Below, in pieces: positions 63,395 through 64,000 of a stretch of 64,000 nucleotides of DNA; the stretch's first letter is position 1; every line of letters begins with the position of its first letter. The notes under the pieces are model-generated. The model had not been told where the DNA came from. It did not search any database and saw nothing but the letters and a program-made list of their open reading frames with translations. The DNA comes from Octopus bimaculoides (Eukaryota). The translations under genes and the position numbers were made by a program. Location: contig NC_068990.1 in the NCBI RefSeq assembly GCF_001194135.2, positions 33,439,633-33,503,632 of the forward strand. The letters run 5' to 3'.

Positions 63395-63790
63395 AGTGGT
63401 AGTGGTGGTACTGGTGGTTGAAGTGGTGCTGGTGGTGGTGGTGGTGATGGTAGTGGTGGTGGTGGTGATGGTAGTGGTGGTGGTGGTGATGGTAGTGGTG
63501 GTTNNNNNNNNNNNNNNNNNNNNNNNNNNNNNNNNNNNNNNNNNNNNNNNNNNNNNNNNNNNNNNNNNNNNNNNNGTGGTGGTGATGGTAGTGGTGGTGG
63601 TGGTGATGGTAGTGGTGGTGGTGGTGATGGTAGTGGTGGTGGTGGTGATGGTAGTGGTGGTTGAGAACAGATCTCTTAAATGCATTAATAAAATAACGAT
63701 GGCCACATTGATGATGATGATGATGATGACGATGACGACGACAGTAATGATGACGATGATGATGGTGATGGTAAAGTTGATGGAACAATG
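63395..63790. repeat. (GTG/GAT/GTA)n compound trinucleotide repeat with gap
   Basis: Directly visible; source of the poly-His/Val/Thr ORFs. Confidence 0.95.
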
Positions 63791-64000
63791 AAGATGATGG
63801 GGATGGACATAAAGCAAAACTCCATTAACACCAAACTTGCTCCGTTTCTCAAAACCCACCGAAAACAACAACAGAGCACAATGATGGTAAAAACAACAAC
63901 AACAAAAACAACTATACAAATAGCCAAAGCAAAGCACAACAGCAGTAACACCATCAACACCGTCACCACCACAGCTGCCACCACCACCACCACCACCGCC

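Noticed and set aside
1-64000. Most ORF-track entries (YI/HT/VC/ER/poly-His/poly-Ile rich, and those spanning N runs, e.g. 35865-37355)
   Set aside because: They are translations of microsatellites, SINEs or gaps; only the embedded TE fragments are meaningful.

Overview
Repeat-dense, AT-rich animal genomic DNA with N gaps. The SINE families and microsatellite load look like Octopus; this is inferred from my recollection of the repeats, not from a database match. I cannot identify any intact host protein-coding gene. Nearly all ORF-track entries are microsatellite or repeat read-through. The window holds three recurring SINE-like families and decayed transposons: two DD37D (maT) Tc1/mariner elements, mariner MITEs, a hAT derivative with an 8-bp TSD, piggyBac-type MITEs, a Helitron helicase remnant, a Helentron-type non-autonomous element, RTE-type LINE fragments and a Penelope-like (PLE) RT remnant. 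The main observation is five sequence-unrelated short elements (seven motif copies), each carrying a minimal type I hammerhead ribozyme-like fold with a self-complementary helix III. Most sit in or beside (AT)n/(AC)n microsatellites, and two lie in fold-back arrangements. One family has a non-canonical CUGUUGA core in both copies. Also notable are an old, long inverted-repeat pair around a possible integrase remnant (8.5-11.3 kb) and a six-copy head-to-tail SINE array (58.0-59.3 kb). All coordinates were counted by hand; edges of decayed repeats are approximate.
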